Of a stretch of DNA of 64,000 nt, positions 47,400-61,711 are shown piece after piece. The notes under the pieces are model-generated. The model was not told where the DNA came from. It worked only from the letters and a program-made list of their open reading frames with translations, and made no database searches. Position numbers and translations under genes: made by a program. Numbering within the stretch: position 1 is the first letter of the stretch; each line of letters begins with the position of its first letter. Location: positions 292,049 through 356,048 of the forward strand of contig MNCI01000668.1 in assembly GCA_015680685.1 (NCBI GenBank), read 5' to 3'. The stretch is from Gnetum montanum. Lineage: Eukaryota; Plantae; Gnetophyta.

Positions 47400-50300
47400 G
47401 AAAGGTTTCATCAATTATATAAGGCCCCTTCTACAATGTTTGGAATTTGGTTTTTTGAGGTACATGTGTGGCATTCCAATAGAGAACCTTATCTTCTAGT
47501 TGAAATTTTACTTTCCATATTCTAAGATCATGATGTTGTTTATTGAAGGCCTTGTGCACTTCATTCAAAGATAGGGCTACCAATAAATTTTTGTCTAGCA
47601 CATTTAGGTTGATTAGTCTTTCTTTTTGCACTAGACTCAAGTTAAGATCCAGGTCATAGGTTGTTGAGAGTGTATGGAGCTTCGATTGAATTAGGAGCAT
47701 TGGAAGTTTTTCGTACACCAACACATAGGGAGAGCAGCCAATAGGGAGTTTCCATGTTGAGCAATAGGCACAAAAGACATCATTGAGTTTTTTTCTCCAA
47801 TCTCTCCTATATTTGCTAATAGTTCTCATTAGAATCTTTGTAATCTCCCTGCTAGTCACCTCTACTTAACCATTAGCTTTGGGGGTGATAGGGTGTTGTT
47901 AATTTATGTTCAACCCTCAACCGTTGCATAAGTTTTCAAAAAGTGGAACCTGTAAAATGGGTTCTGTTATTATAAATCAATGCACATGGCATCCCAAAAC
48001 TATTCACAACATTTTTTTTGTATAAATTGAGCATCAGTGGATGATGTACAGTCAGTGAAAACTATTTCTTCTACTCATTTGGTATAGTAGTTAATGGCAA
48101 AAATTATATATGCCTTCCCATTGGACATGGGTGTGATGGGACCCATGAAATCTATGCCTCATATATTAAAGGGTTCTAATGGTTGAATCCACTATTAAGA
48201 ACACTCCATTCATGCGTTCATTCCACCATCTCTTTGACAACACTCACAAGATTAGACAAACTGGTGGGTGTCCTTGAAGATTATGGGAAAATAGTATCTT
48301 GCCATCAGAATTTTTATGGTCATGCATCTCTTAGCATAGTGACCCTTAAAAGGACCTTCATGAGCATCTTGGAGAATGAAAAATTGATCTGAATTAGTTA
48401 CACAGTAGCAAATTAGGCCATCAACACATGCCTTGTAAAGATGTCCATTGATTTCCATAAAGTACTTAGCCTAATGAAGAAATTGTTGTTTCTTTCTGTG
48501 GTCTAGATCTTGTGGAATCTCCTAAGTGAGAAGATAAGTGAGGATGCCATCATACCATTTTATTTTTATGGACATCTATTAATTTATTATAGCAACAAAG
48601 AGGAGTTCATTAAGAAATTGATTAGAGAGTAGACTCTTCTCCTCTTTGTTATCCCATCGTAATCGAGACAAGTGATCAATGATCACATTCTCAGTTCCCT
48701 TTTGATCTACCATTATAAGATCGAATTCCTACAAGATCACTAGCCACTGTATAACACAGGGTCTCATTGTTGGTTTGTTAATGAGGAGGTGGATGGCAGT
48801 GTGATCAGTGTGCACAAACACTTTATATCCAAGCACATAGTGCCTAAACTTTTCTAGAGCATACACCACTACCATCAATTCTTTTTCTATGGTGGTGTAA
48901 TTTAGTTATGCATTCACAATGCTTTGACTTGCGCAATGGATGTAATATGGACATTAATTATCATCCAACTACGTAAGCACAATTCCTAAGGCATAGTTAG
49001 ATGCATCTGTCATGATAATGAATGGTCTAGACTAGTTAAGCACTTGTAGAATTGGAGTCTCTATGAGCTTCTATGTGAGGCTCTAGAATGCATTTTCACA
49101 TTCCTTGGTCGAGATGAATGGAGCATCTTTCTTTGTCAACTCAACCAACGATTTCACAATACTAGAGAAAAACTCTATGAAGAATTGGTAGTAACTAGTG
49201 TGTCAAAGGAATGATCAAACATCTTTGATAGTTTTTTATTGATGGGTGATTCCTTGGATGACCCTTATCTTTTCAGGGTCTATCTTAATCCCTTCCTATG
49301 AAATTTGGTATCCCAATACAATGTCCTCTTGGACCATGAGATGGCTCTTTTGCCAATTGAGCCGTAGATTTGTTTCCACACATCTTCTTAGTACTTTCTC
49401 AAGGTGGTCCAAGGCATGCTCAAATGTAGTATCATAAGTGGAGAAGTGATCTATGAAGACTTTCACTCTACTACCTATTTTTTGCTAAAAGATACTTAAG
49501 ACCAGACATTAAAAAGTGGTAGGGGAATTGCACAAACCAAAAGGCATCTTGTGATATGCAAAGGTCCCCTAGGGACTTGTGAATGTTGTTTTGGCCTGAT
49601 CTTCTAATGAAATCTAGATTTGGTTATAGCCATTGTAACCATCCAGAAAACTATAATAGCAATGCCCAAATATGGTGTTAAACACCTGATCGATGAACGA
49701 CAATGGAAAATGATCTTTGAATGCTGTCATATTTAATAACCTAAAGTCGATACAAACTCACCATTTACCACCTCTCTTTGGTACTATGATGAGTGGACTG
49801 ACCTATTTGCTATCCAAAATGGGATAGATGAACCCTACCTTAAGGAGTTTTTTAATCTTCTCTTTGATGATTTACTTCAATTTTGGGTTCAATCATCATT
49901 GTGGTTTCCTCCTTGGCTTCATGGACAGATTAGTGTAAATGTGATGTTAGCATATCCATGGATCAATTCCAATGAGTTCAAGATATGACCAAGAAAAGGT
50001 TGTTGGCCATTCATTGATTACTTAAGCACATGTTAGGCTCTCAATAGGTTTTATGCATATTGTGATGTTGTCAAAATAAGTTGTCAACCACTGGGTGCCC
50101 TCTTTTTTTGTGGTTGTTTCGTATAGATACCTTTGGATATCTGCCTCATGTGCATATTACTTGCATGTAGAAATAGATGCTCATTTCACATATCAGAGTT
50201 TTTACATGCAATGGAACCCTCTATCATTGTACGTAATGCATGAAACTTGTCTCCTCTCGATCTTTCCAAATGCATTTTTCTTTGATATCTCTAGGAAAAG

Positions 50301-52400
50301 ATGTCTGATGCCCATTCTTACATCAACAGTGCTCAACCATTCCTTTTTCACAATGATTGGAAAATCCCCCTTGTAGTTTTCAACCTTGATTACTACGAAA
50401 TTGGCAAGATAAGACCACCCATATATAGTGGTCACAATGTCTTTAACTAATCACAATGGAATAGTGATGGACTAGTCTACCAATTCCAATATGATATTGC
50501 TCTTCTTGAGAGGTAGTAGGTTCCAAGCAATATACATCTCATGAGAAATCAAGTTCACACTGGATCCTAAATCAAGAAGATCTTTACATGGTTCATTCCT
50601 AGCAATTTGTAGATAGATAAGAGGACTCCCAAGATTGGCTAATTTTCTGGGAAGGTTGCCAACTTAGATCCAATCAGATATAGTATGGGTGAGCATAATA
50701 GTATGGATTTTGGATGGCATTTGATTTGAAGGGGACCCAATGGAATGATTTGTAGAGGATGAAGTAGGAGCAGGATGATCATCTACCTAAGTCTATGAGG
50801 GCTTAGTAGGGTCGTTGGATCAAAAAAATGATCTTTTATGAGCACGAGGTCTTGAACCCCTTGGTTGATGAACCAGTTGTAGAGTAATGGCCTTGGTAGC
50901 ATTGCGTTGCTGCAACTGAGCTGGAAGTTCATCCTGCATGGATGGAACAGGTGGTAGTTGCATTAAGGATGGAGGAATAGGTGTAGAAATAGGAGAAGGA
51001 TAAGGATAAAATGTGGCATGCCTCCTAGAATGTGAAGAGTGAGCTCTATAGTATTTAGGAGGATGGTAATGATGTTGGTAAAAAGAAACATGATTGGAAG
51101 ATTCGTGTGAAAATAGGGGTTGTTAAATGTAATTCCTGTATGGATCTAGTTTCCTATAAGGATATTGCTACCTTGGTGGTGGTATCCCCCATGACTATGA
51201 TTTATGCCATTGTTGATATTACTCATACGGTTGTGGTTAAGTTCCACTTGGATAATATTGTTGTTGCTAATGGAATTTCTTGGGATTGCCTTGAGGATAA
51301 AGCAACCTTTTAGGTGCTTACCTTTTTGCTAGTTATAGATTTAGAGCATACATCCCAGATTCTTGTAAGTGTGAAAAATGGAGCAACATCCCTTAGGATG
51401 TTCATATTGATAGATTTCACACCCACCGTCATCATCTTATTCAGTTTCTGTAACTTTCTCTATTGCAGCAATCTTGCCCTTAACCCTTTGGTAGGCACAT
51501 TTAGCTTTTTTTCACCTCTTGTACTTATGATCACTACTCTACTCTCATGATTCTTTGGTGATTTTCAAAGTAATTTGGAATTTTTCATCCAGTGAATCCC
51601 ACATTTTATCCATCTTAGTTGAAATTTTAGACATAGATTTTTGGATTGGAAAGATCATTTTGTTTACCATCTCATCAAGTGGTGATTCTTCTCACTGTCA
51701 CAAAATTGAAGCTCCCTTTCTTTGATGGAAGGATCTCTATTGTATTCCTCTACACTTTCATGTTTTCTCAACTCTTATTCTTGTTTTGCTACCTGCTTAC
51801 TTAGCCTTCGAATCTAATGGGCTCAAAGTTCTAATAGTCTCCCTTGGGCATAGACCCCAAGAGTTCTTCTTGTTTCTTATATAAGTCCATCTATGATATG
51901 GCGAGGTTGTTCCCACTGATAATAATCATGGTCAAGGCATCAGTGTATGAGAGAATCATACTTGCCCATGGCAGCATCCAAGGGTTCATGGTTTCTTTGT
52001 TTCCATCCATGGATCTAACTTCTTAATTATACACTTTGGAGTACATCTGATACTTATCATTGAATAACTCGAGCATTATACTTCACCATCAAATAGATTT
52101 CTGGCTCTAAGGAATGGTACCAGCTTTCTGCTTCCTTGATGACTATCCTAGGAAATAGCTTTAGTTTCTACCAATCATTTTTGATATTTTGTAAGACACA
52201 TGCATAATGAAAAGCTTGAAGATGTGTATATGAATCAGAATTATATCCCTCCTCAAATCTAGAAATATTGTTCATATCAAGTCATATGATCCAACTATCT
52301 TTCACATGCCTATTTAGAATTTTTACAGCCTCTGCAATATTTAACATACTTTAAGTTACCAAAAAAGGCTCATCATTATCATTATTTCATTATCACTAAT
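47400..52400 (-). pseudogene. Athila gag-pol pseudogene
   Basis: Protease LLDLGSSVNL (~50550). RT VCIDFR.LN...KDHFPL.FIDQ...FLDGYNGYNQI...MPFGLCN (49500-49780). RNase H TDASNYALG (~49000). Integrase IDFMGP, YHP and WRKKLNDVFCAY...PIGCSPY (47430-48460). Confidence 0.9.
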
Positions 52401-53289
52401 GGTTTCTTATGTTTCCCCTTTGATCATTATGGGTCTGACGATCATCATTATTATCTTGCTATTCACCTCCATCACAGTTGTTCTTTCTATGGCATTTGTT
52501 AAAACCATAAGAGGAAGAAAAAGATGTAGATGAAGAGGGCAAAGAGGGAGGAGAACTGCCACCACCATAGTATTTTCCAAATCCCCTTCAGTTATCATAG
52601 CCACCTTTGTTAATTTTCTTATCATCTTGGCACTTATCTGAGCCCTTGCCTTGATTTCCATCTTTACCTAAACCTAAATTGTTGATAGTGGATTACAGAG
52701 TCAAGGCCACATCCCCATCACTAGTAACAAGGGGTGGAGAATTTTCATGTTGAGAGCCCCTAGAGGGAGGGTCCTCATTGTCATCTTGGTTAAGTAGGAA
52801 AAAAGGATTGATGAATTGTTTCCCCTTCACAAACTCATGATGTTTCTCCTAGTGTTGATCTCTCCTATGTTGTGTTTCAATGGAATAGTAGTCTTGATAG
52901 TCGTAATCATGCACAAAGTACTTCTCTTGAAGATCTTGAATGTCCAACTTCTTAACAGTTTGAAGTAGCATCACAGGCACAAATCAATCGGGAGGCATTA
53001 CAATGTTGCCTTCCATATCACACCATCACAATTCTTCATATTGATGCAGGATGGTGGTGAAGTTAGGCACATACTCATCAGGATAAGTATATACCACCTT
53101 GCATTCTTGAGGGACTAATAATTTAGTATCATAACACCTATGAGAAGAAGAAATTTTACAATAAAAATAAAATATCAATGTGCTTATGTAATTATATTTA
53201 TTATGAGAATGATTTTGACCTTAGGGTTTGTCCAGTGATGTTAATGATATTCACTAAACCTAGATAGTATACATTTCAAACAAAAGGAG

Positions 53290-53307
53290 TCCCCGACAAT
53301 GGTGCCA
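53290..53307 (-). other. Primer-binding site, tRNA-Asp (Athila type)
   Basis: Minus strand TGGCACCATTGTCGGGGA is a decayed TGGCGCCGTTGCCGGGGA, 1 nt from the LTR end. Confidence 0.85.
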
Positions 53308-55179
53308 AGGATGAGCAGTTGAGGTACCCCTACACCCAACCATACAAATCACAAAGCATTCACTGACAATTCGGTCAAATTCTATGAACTCTATGTCTTA
53401 TAGTACACTAGTCTTCTAGGAAGTGAACTTTGTCCTAACAATCATTCGTTATCATCTCAATTATACTTTTGATATACATGATAAGTGTATTTGAGGCTTA
53501 TGATTTTTATTATTTTATGTTTCATGTTCCTAGTGCTTAAAATAGAGAAATTAAGTAATTTAATAACTAATTTAATTTAACAAATTAAGTAATCTCTAAC
53601 TAGTCCTAACATAAGCATCTCATCCCACTTTTTGTACACATCCTGAATGCATGTATCCATTATCGGGATTACCAAGCGGTATGCTACTAGGCAAACCAAG
53701 CAATAATGTTGTGTTTACGCTCAAAGTCGTTGTACTTATGATTTTAATCTATTCAGCTTAATTAATTAACTAGTCACTTGAAATCTAATTTAGCTTAATT
53801 AATTGCATAATTAATGAAAACAATGAATGCATAAATGAATCATTAATTTATTCCAAGTGCTACAAGGTTTGATCAAAAGGCTCATCTTTATTGCTGTTCA
53901 CAATGGTGTGTTCAATTACAATAGTGCTCGAGTAAAGATCCATACACTTTCTGACTCTTGCTACAAGCACTTAGAGAAATATTCTAACTCTCAAATGATA
54001 AAACTGCAAGAGCTTTGCTACAACTATTAAAAAACATGCCATAAACATGGTTGATGAGCACATATTTATAGAATTTATTCAAGAGCTACATCGATGAGGC
54101 CCCATAAATGTTACAAATGCTACATCAATGTGGCCCTATCAACAAGGCAACACCACATAGATGGGGCCTTTTTGATGAGGCAACATCAAGGGGGGCCCAT
54201 TGACATGACACAACAATGATTCATTAGTTATGAAGAGTATTTGGAATTTCCAATTATTATGTTAAAATTGTTTTGTTATAAGAGCATTAATGTATAAATA
54301 AATAGAAAATTAATATACTTAAATTACAATGATCTATTTAAGGGTCAATATTGTAAATACAAAGGTTTTAAAAAGCTAATAAGCATCGACGTTGTAGTTG
54401 AAAATTCTATAGATTCTAGTACATAGTAAAATGATCTTCAAAATATTCTTACAAAGAATAAGGAAAAAGATAAAATGAAAATTAAAAATAAGAATAAAGA
54501 TATAAATTACAAAGAAAATGATGAAGAAACTCAAATCTTGAAGAACAAAAATTTGTAAACCCAAAAATAATCTTTATCAACGACATGATATCATAAAAGA
54601 AAGTTTGCATATTAGGGTTTAGAGTTGCACATGGTAAGTATCATTACAACTTAATAAAATTACCAAATGATTTCTACAACAAATGCATTCACAAATGAAA
54701 TCAATACTAACTAGCATGGATACTTTAATGATTTTGTTAAAAATTGTACATGTATATCATCATCATCCTTTAACAACAGATGTTTTAAAAAATATAGTAA
54801 TTGTTTACTATGGTTTTTGCTATGTAGAATGTTGATTTTATCAAAATTTAGCATTTGATTATAAAAAAAATATGAAAAAAGGAGACCTTATCAATCACAA
54901 GGTTTATCAAAGACTAGTTATAAAAAAATTTAAATTTTCATTCTTTATTTTGTAATTTAATATTATAATGCAAATGTTAAGGTTTTAAGCCTTTATACAA
55001 AGATGTCCATTCAACTGCACAAATAGGAAGGGTTTTTTTTTGTATTTTTCTTATTTTTTCATACTAGCATTTTTAAATTCCTTAACTTATTATCATTGAT
55101 TTCTTGAATAAATATGTAGTAATATATGATGATGAAAAATAAATTATTTGAGCCATTGTTAAGGGAAAGTTAGAGAATA

Positions 55180-58100
55180 TGTAACAACGTTGTCCCAATG
55201 TTGTTTGACACCCCAAGGAATTCACTAAGATCCAATGGATTTGGGGTAGAAGACCTGGGGAATACACCTCAAGCAAACAAGCAACCCAAGAGTGATTGCA
55301 AGCAACAACACAACTTCTTAATATATGTATGGAAGCACATCTCATGGAGGATAACCAATTCCAAATGAGGACGATACAAATAAGCACACAAACAACCCTG
55401 TAGACAACATCAGTGGAAGGGAAAACAATGCATCTACAAGGGATGGTGTCCCATCCCCAGATCCCTCATGATTTGGTACAAGGTGTGGCTTGGCACCACA
55501 CCAAAACTATCTAGTCCTAGCTACCTACATATCAATGACCACCGTAGAATCATGCCCATGTAGTTCTCCACATGAGGGTAGAATGAAGAGAACTTAGAAA
55601 GAGTTGCATCAGGAGGGTATCTTGCTGCTGACCTGGTATTCCCAAGTTGGGATGGGTTTTCTAACACTTGAGAGTCACTTGAGGGTGCCTCAAAGTATTT
55701 TATGGCCCCTGAACCATGGGGATAGCCTAGGAGAACCACCACCCTGGGACATCTCTCATAATCCTCCCCCACACAAAGAAGTAACATCCTCGAAGTGCAG
55801 CCTAGGATAACTTCGAGACTACACTTCTAGTATGGGTTGGAACTCCATCAACTTTGGGGAATCTGTCAACTCATTTGACACTAGGCTTGAAGGAAGGTAC
55901 CAACCCCAACACCTGATACATCCTTCCATCCAATGCCTTGCATGAAACGCAAAGATCTATGACAAGTGGGAGTAGTCCAACCCAAAGGACCAACATCTCT
56001 AAGGTATCCCATAGATTCATCCCTTCTTAGGTCTAGAGACTTATCTTCTTATGTAGACCCATACCTATGCAAGAAGAAAACTCCTCTTCCACAAGTCCAG
56101 CTGAGTTCCATTGTGAATGGCATCTCAGCACCCATTGATTTTTTTATCATCGATTTTAAGGGCTTACCAAGGCCACTACCCATGGTGATGGACTTGGGAA
56201 CATCAAATCGAAAGGGAGAACATGCTCCAAAAGAGTCATGTCTTCACAAGAAACTCATGCTTTCCAGAACACCATGTTCTACTACTCGCATCCAGACCCA
56301 TGGGGTCTCACTAGTGCAATCATATAAGCATAGAATCCACATGCATTTGTACCATGCACATTTTTCCCATCATGTCTGTTCAAGCTGGTATGAAGAGAGT
56401 TGAGTGTGTTCTCCCCTCCAAACAAGGTACAAGAGCAGATCTTTTGAGCTTGACCTTGCCATGCATAGACACACTAGCATCACATTCCTCAGTCCATCAT
56501 TCAACAATATTCCATTGCCACAACAAGATAGAAGATCCAAAATTTGTTTGGAAACTTCTCCAAGAGGCTATCATAACAAATAAGTCCAAAATATCATCAA
56601 CAACTTTTGTGATTGTTCAACATCGAGAATGGCTGCTTAAATGTTAGAACAAGTGGAGGATATGTTAGGTAGGCAACCCCAGGACAATCCTCCATACACA
56701 AGTCTCATGTCAACTATAAGCACATCATTGATTACAACCATAATATCCCATTCATGGGGAAGCATCAACCACACTTGCACATACAAGCTATCCTTCCCAC
56801 TCCAAGTTATGGAACATGCATCATGTTCTGAACACTTGTTCTAGGAAGAATATAGAGTCACCTTTTGAGGGAAACCATAATTATGAATTCTCCAAGGAAC
56901 ATCAAGGTTCCCAGAAATTGAATTTCCCCACCATATCAAGAGCGACTACAACTCTTGATCAACACCTTTCATTAGAATTTCAAACTTCAAGGAGGGATCC
57001 TCTGTGGGAGGTTTCTTCCATAAGTATAGCAAACCAACTACACCTTACCCATAATGCACACCCAAGTAGTCCACATAGCCAATAGAACCATATTTTTGAA
57101 CTGTTACCAGTTGAGGGAAGACATGGATTCACAAGTCTTACCCAGATTCAATTCCACCTTGAGAACAACTCAAGAAGCAATGGAGTTCATCCCTTAAAAT
57201 TTTATCAAGAGGGATTTTTTTTTCATCTTGGGAGATCTGGGTTTTTGTTTCATACATCCCAGTCAATCCTATTTACAACAATTGTGATGCACAAGGCCGC
57301 ACCACTGCCTATTACCATTCAACCCAAACAATAGATGCAAGTCAACAAGAACATTTTTCCCATAGGAGGACTAGGTCCTCAAGATAGTTTTACAAAGAAT
57401 AGGCTTCACCAACATCAACTACAACTCAAAATAATACATGATTCAACCCCAAAGGGTTTATAATAAGGGTGGTCTACTAGAGAAACCTAATAAGGAAGCT
57501 CCCCTGGAGCCCCCAAAAATGAGAGAAAGTACATAAGATGATGCCTTGCTTACAAGAAGGGAGATACATACATTTAATTTCCATCAACAACATAGCCTCA
57601 AAAAGTAGGTTCCATGAATTTCACCAGGGTAACAACATTTTATCTCTGAAAGCAAGCCCCAAGAGTTCATGAACATGGGACCACTGCTAGGAATAAGTCC
57701 CAAAAATCAAGTGCTTCTAAATCCCAACTAGGGAATAGTTATCTCAATGCCACCTAACTTTTATTTTAGGAACTAAAGAGGGCTTCCATTAGAATGGAGA
57801 ATGATCCCTCATAGGATTAGAGAATCACCAAGTAATATAGTGCTCAACCCTGTTGTCCCACCAGAGAGGTGAGAACACTAACATGAATTAACATTACACC
57901 AGAGACATGGGACAATACATTAGGGAGAGATGATGTGATACATTAGTGTACATATGGAACAAGGTACACGAAGAAGATTTAGCAAGACACCATAGCTTGC
58001 TAGGCACAATGAGTCCCAAGTCATGAAATCACATCATAGTCAACAAAAGTACTAATAAGTCCCAAGCCATGAGAGCACATCATAACCCTCAGAAGAGCTG

Positions 58101-61100
58101 AAAGCAACTGATCACGAGAGCACACCATCATCCACAAAGCACTAGAAACCCCCAATCATGAGAGCATAGGCTCAAGTATTTTTGAGCACATTTTGGGCCA
58201 CCAAGAGTCACAATTTTTGTAATTGTGACATCATTTATTCAAGAATGGATCACCATCCCAATGTTTGCACAACTACCCCACGATCACATCTAGCATGGAA
58301 GAGGGAGTCTAGATGCCAATACCTAGAACTCAACTCAAATCCATAACTAGACATCGTAGCCTCACATTGATTTGAATTTTAGTCTACCATTACAATTCAC
58401 ATGGCCACCGTGAACCACTAGCTATCAAGATCAAGCACATCGAACCAATTTTTTTGTATTTCAAGCTACATACCACTATCAATTATCTATGGATAAGATT
58501 TCTGCCAATCCAAGAACCTAAGAGGAAGTGTTCCCAAGATTTTTCCTATCTCAAGAACGTTCACCAAAGGACACACCATCAAGGCATGCCAATATCACCA
58601 AGAACACATGGCACTAGTCCAAGAGCACCTTGGGCAAGGACATGCCTTGGTGTGCTCATTACAACACCATATCACAAGAAGGAAATTTTTCATGGGATTT
58701 TCAGTAGAATTACACATCAAGGCACAATGGCCATTTACAAAATATAGAGAAGGTGCTTCAAGAATGAGCACTAGGAAAACATCATGCGTCAAAATTGGCC
58801 TTGTCACAGGGTATGACATAGACCTACAATGAGGAGACAACTAACTCACATTAGGTAATAGCAACTAGCACTTTTATGTGCATAAACTATCAAACTGAGA
58901 ATATAACAAGGATACATTTCACACACCTAAGGATAGGAATACATTTAGTGAGAACATGCATGGTATTTGGGAATGCTACTTAGGCCTAGAAGGCTATAGG
59001 ATGAACTACCCAAGCCCATCCTAAGCTGAAAGGTTTAGGCCACCAGGAGCATACCAAGAAAGACCCATGCTATTTTGAGAAAAACCTGTCTCTACCACCA
59101 AATGTACACAACCATCTATCACACTACATCCAGTGCACCACTATCTCAAAATGTACATGATCAACTATTACACTGAACTCACTACACAACTACCATCAAA
59201 CAAAAATGATTCAGGACATGAGTGCAACAATCGAATAATGAAACATGCCAATTGAGTATCCACCACCTATCATAGTGGGACCTCAAGGCATTGGCCACTC
59301 CTAGGTCATTAGTATTTGGCATGGCCAAGGATGCCATTTCATGCCATCTACTAGCCCAATATCTATAGGGTCTAGGATAGATCATTGTCCTCTATTAGTG
59401 TTCAGCCATCACAAAGAGGCAAACAAATCATGATGTACCTATTGATTCATCATAGCCAAGGAAATGATAAATCCACAACCCAATGTTGGGATTCCAAGGC
59501 CAAATAATCAGTTCATGAAGGTCTCAAGAGCACACATCTTCTCCATAGACATGGTGCTCACAGAATCAACTGAGGTCACCACTGGCTGCATCTTTGTACC
59601 TATGCTATCTCCAAAGACTAAGAAAATAGCTCAGAAATAGAGAAGTTAGCAAGAACATGGTCATCATATCAACCTCATATACAACCATCAAGCATGATCA
59701 TATAATAGAGTAATACCACTCTCGCAACATCATAAAGAGCAAGACCTCAACAACATGCATAGAGATCGATCAAGCAAAACATTGATAGATCAATTAGATA
59801 CACTCAAACAAATGATTTCATCATGAGGTGCACCCAGAGAGAGCTAGCACACTCTTAGAATTCCAAGATTCATATACAATAATCATTTCCAACCACTAAC
59901 ATTGGTTCCAACCAGGATCAAAATCTCAACATAATCATAAGAGGCGTGGGCAATAGAGAATCATTATCTTAGCTCAAAAATGAGATGGAAGACCAAGGTT
60001 TAGCCAGCAATAGGTCTCCATAAAACCAATTCTTGCTACGACAAGCAACATCAAGGAGGATGGGTCCACAGGAAAGACTCCCATCAATAGAGGTGTGGTC
60101 TCAACAAGAACCAACAATACGATGACCCACACTAGTAGTCTTTGAATCAAAGTGACAAAGGAAATATCACCAATCAAAAGAGTGATGTCACAAGCCCAAG
60201 GGCAACACAACCAGCTCAAACAAGAGAGCATAGCTTGCAAAAGATCAACAACAAGGGCAATCATGCCTCATGAACAAGAGGTTGTCACAACAATACAATA
60301 AACATTTAGCTTTGGGATGGTACAAACAGCCTCAAAATGCATCCTCAACAATCCCAACAATAAGTCATTGTACCGCATAGAACACAAAGCCTTGCATTAC
60401 GAGTGATAGACATGACGAAGGTAACACACATGTAGAATTTAAAAGCACAACAAAGAAGACACTCACACACACATAGACAACATACAATCACAAACACAAA
60501 TGTACAAAGTCTACCAGCAATGATCTTAATCCACCCAAAAGAAGGCTCACCAAAAGTAAATGTTCAAAGGCCCTCCATCTTAAGGTACCTGGGAACCAAC
60601 ACCTGTTAATTTGTATTTCCCATACGCACTGTATCTAGGGTGAGTGGGAGTGCAAGGATATCCTATCCTTCATAATTCAATCAATGCCATCTCGATACAT
60701 GTCATCTAGGTGGAAACTGAAGCAGAGACTTGGTCCGATTCATCCCAGATGAATCACTAGAGACCAAAGATAGAGCTCCTTGAGCAATAAAATTCTCTAG
60801 TTTCCAATAGAACTCTCCTCTACCATATCAAGTAAAATCAAAGTTGGTCCAACCACAAGTAAATAAGTGGATGATAATACCACAATGCAATCATATAAAT
60901 CCTCAAGGAGAACAACATACATTAGTTGCTCACAATATAACATCAGTCCCCTCATGAAGAGCGTAAAAATATTACCATAAGGAAACTCTTTAAAGAATAC
61001 ATATGGATATGATCCTAGATCACCTAGGTATCAATCCGAATGGACCATTAATAGAGCAACCTCAATGGAGTAACACAACCAAAGAGCACATGCATATCAC

Positions 61101-61711
61101 AAGACGATTTCAAAAGGCTCTAATACCATTTGTAACAATGTTGCCCTGACGTTGTCTGGCACCCCAAGGAATTCACTAAGATCTAATGGATCTAGGTTAG
61201 AAGACTTAGGGAATATGCCTCAAGCAAACAAGCAACCCAAGAGTGAGTGAAAGAAGCAACACAACTTATTAATGTATGTATGGGAGCACACCTCATAGAG
61301 GATAACCAACTCTAAATGGGGACCATGTAAACAAGCACACAAACAACCCTGTAGAAAACATTGATGGAAGGGGAAATGATGCATCTACAAGGGATGGTTC
61401 CCCACCCCTAGATCCCTCATGATCTAGTACAAGGTATGTCTTGGCATAACACCAAAACTATTCAGTCCAGGTTGCCTACATATCTACGACCACTGTAGAA
61501 TTAGGGCCATGTAGTTCTTCACATGAAGGTAGTATGAAGAGAACTTAGAGACAGTTGCATTAGGAGCATATCCTGTTGCTGACTTGGTACTACCAAGCTA
61601 AGATGGATTTTCTAACACTTGAGAGTCACCTGAGGGCACCTCAAAGTGTTCCACGGCCCCTAAACCATGGGGAAAGCCCAGGAGAACCACCACCCTGGGA
61701 CATCTCTCACA
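55180..61711 (-). mobile_element. LTR retrotransposon with tRNA-iMet PBS, probably chromovirus-type Ty3/gypsy; internal region very eroded
   Basis: LTRs 55180-55760 and 61131-61711, both 581 bp. TSD GAATA/AAATA. PBS TGGTATTAGAGC at 61117-61128 (minus). PPT GGGGGAGGAT at 55761-55770 (minus). Only faint RT/RNaseH-like traces (SSYGKNVLV, VDYLG, VVDAS). Confidence 0.85.
58011..58170. repeat. ~45-bp degenerate tandem repeat x3-4
   Basis: Recurring CCCAAG.CATGAGAGCACATCAT core. Confidence 0.55.

Larger units (their letters stand above)
46485..54226 (-). mobile_element. Athila-like Ty3/gypsy element, decayed, with internal 3' deletion
   Basis: LTRs 53309-54226 and 46485-47365. TSD GTTAT at 46480-46484 and 54227-54231. 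tRNA-Asp PBS. Domain order gag-PR-RT-RH-INT. Confidence 0.92.
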
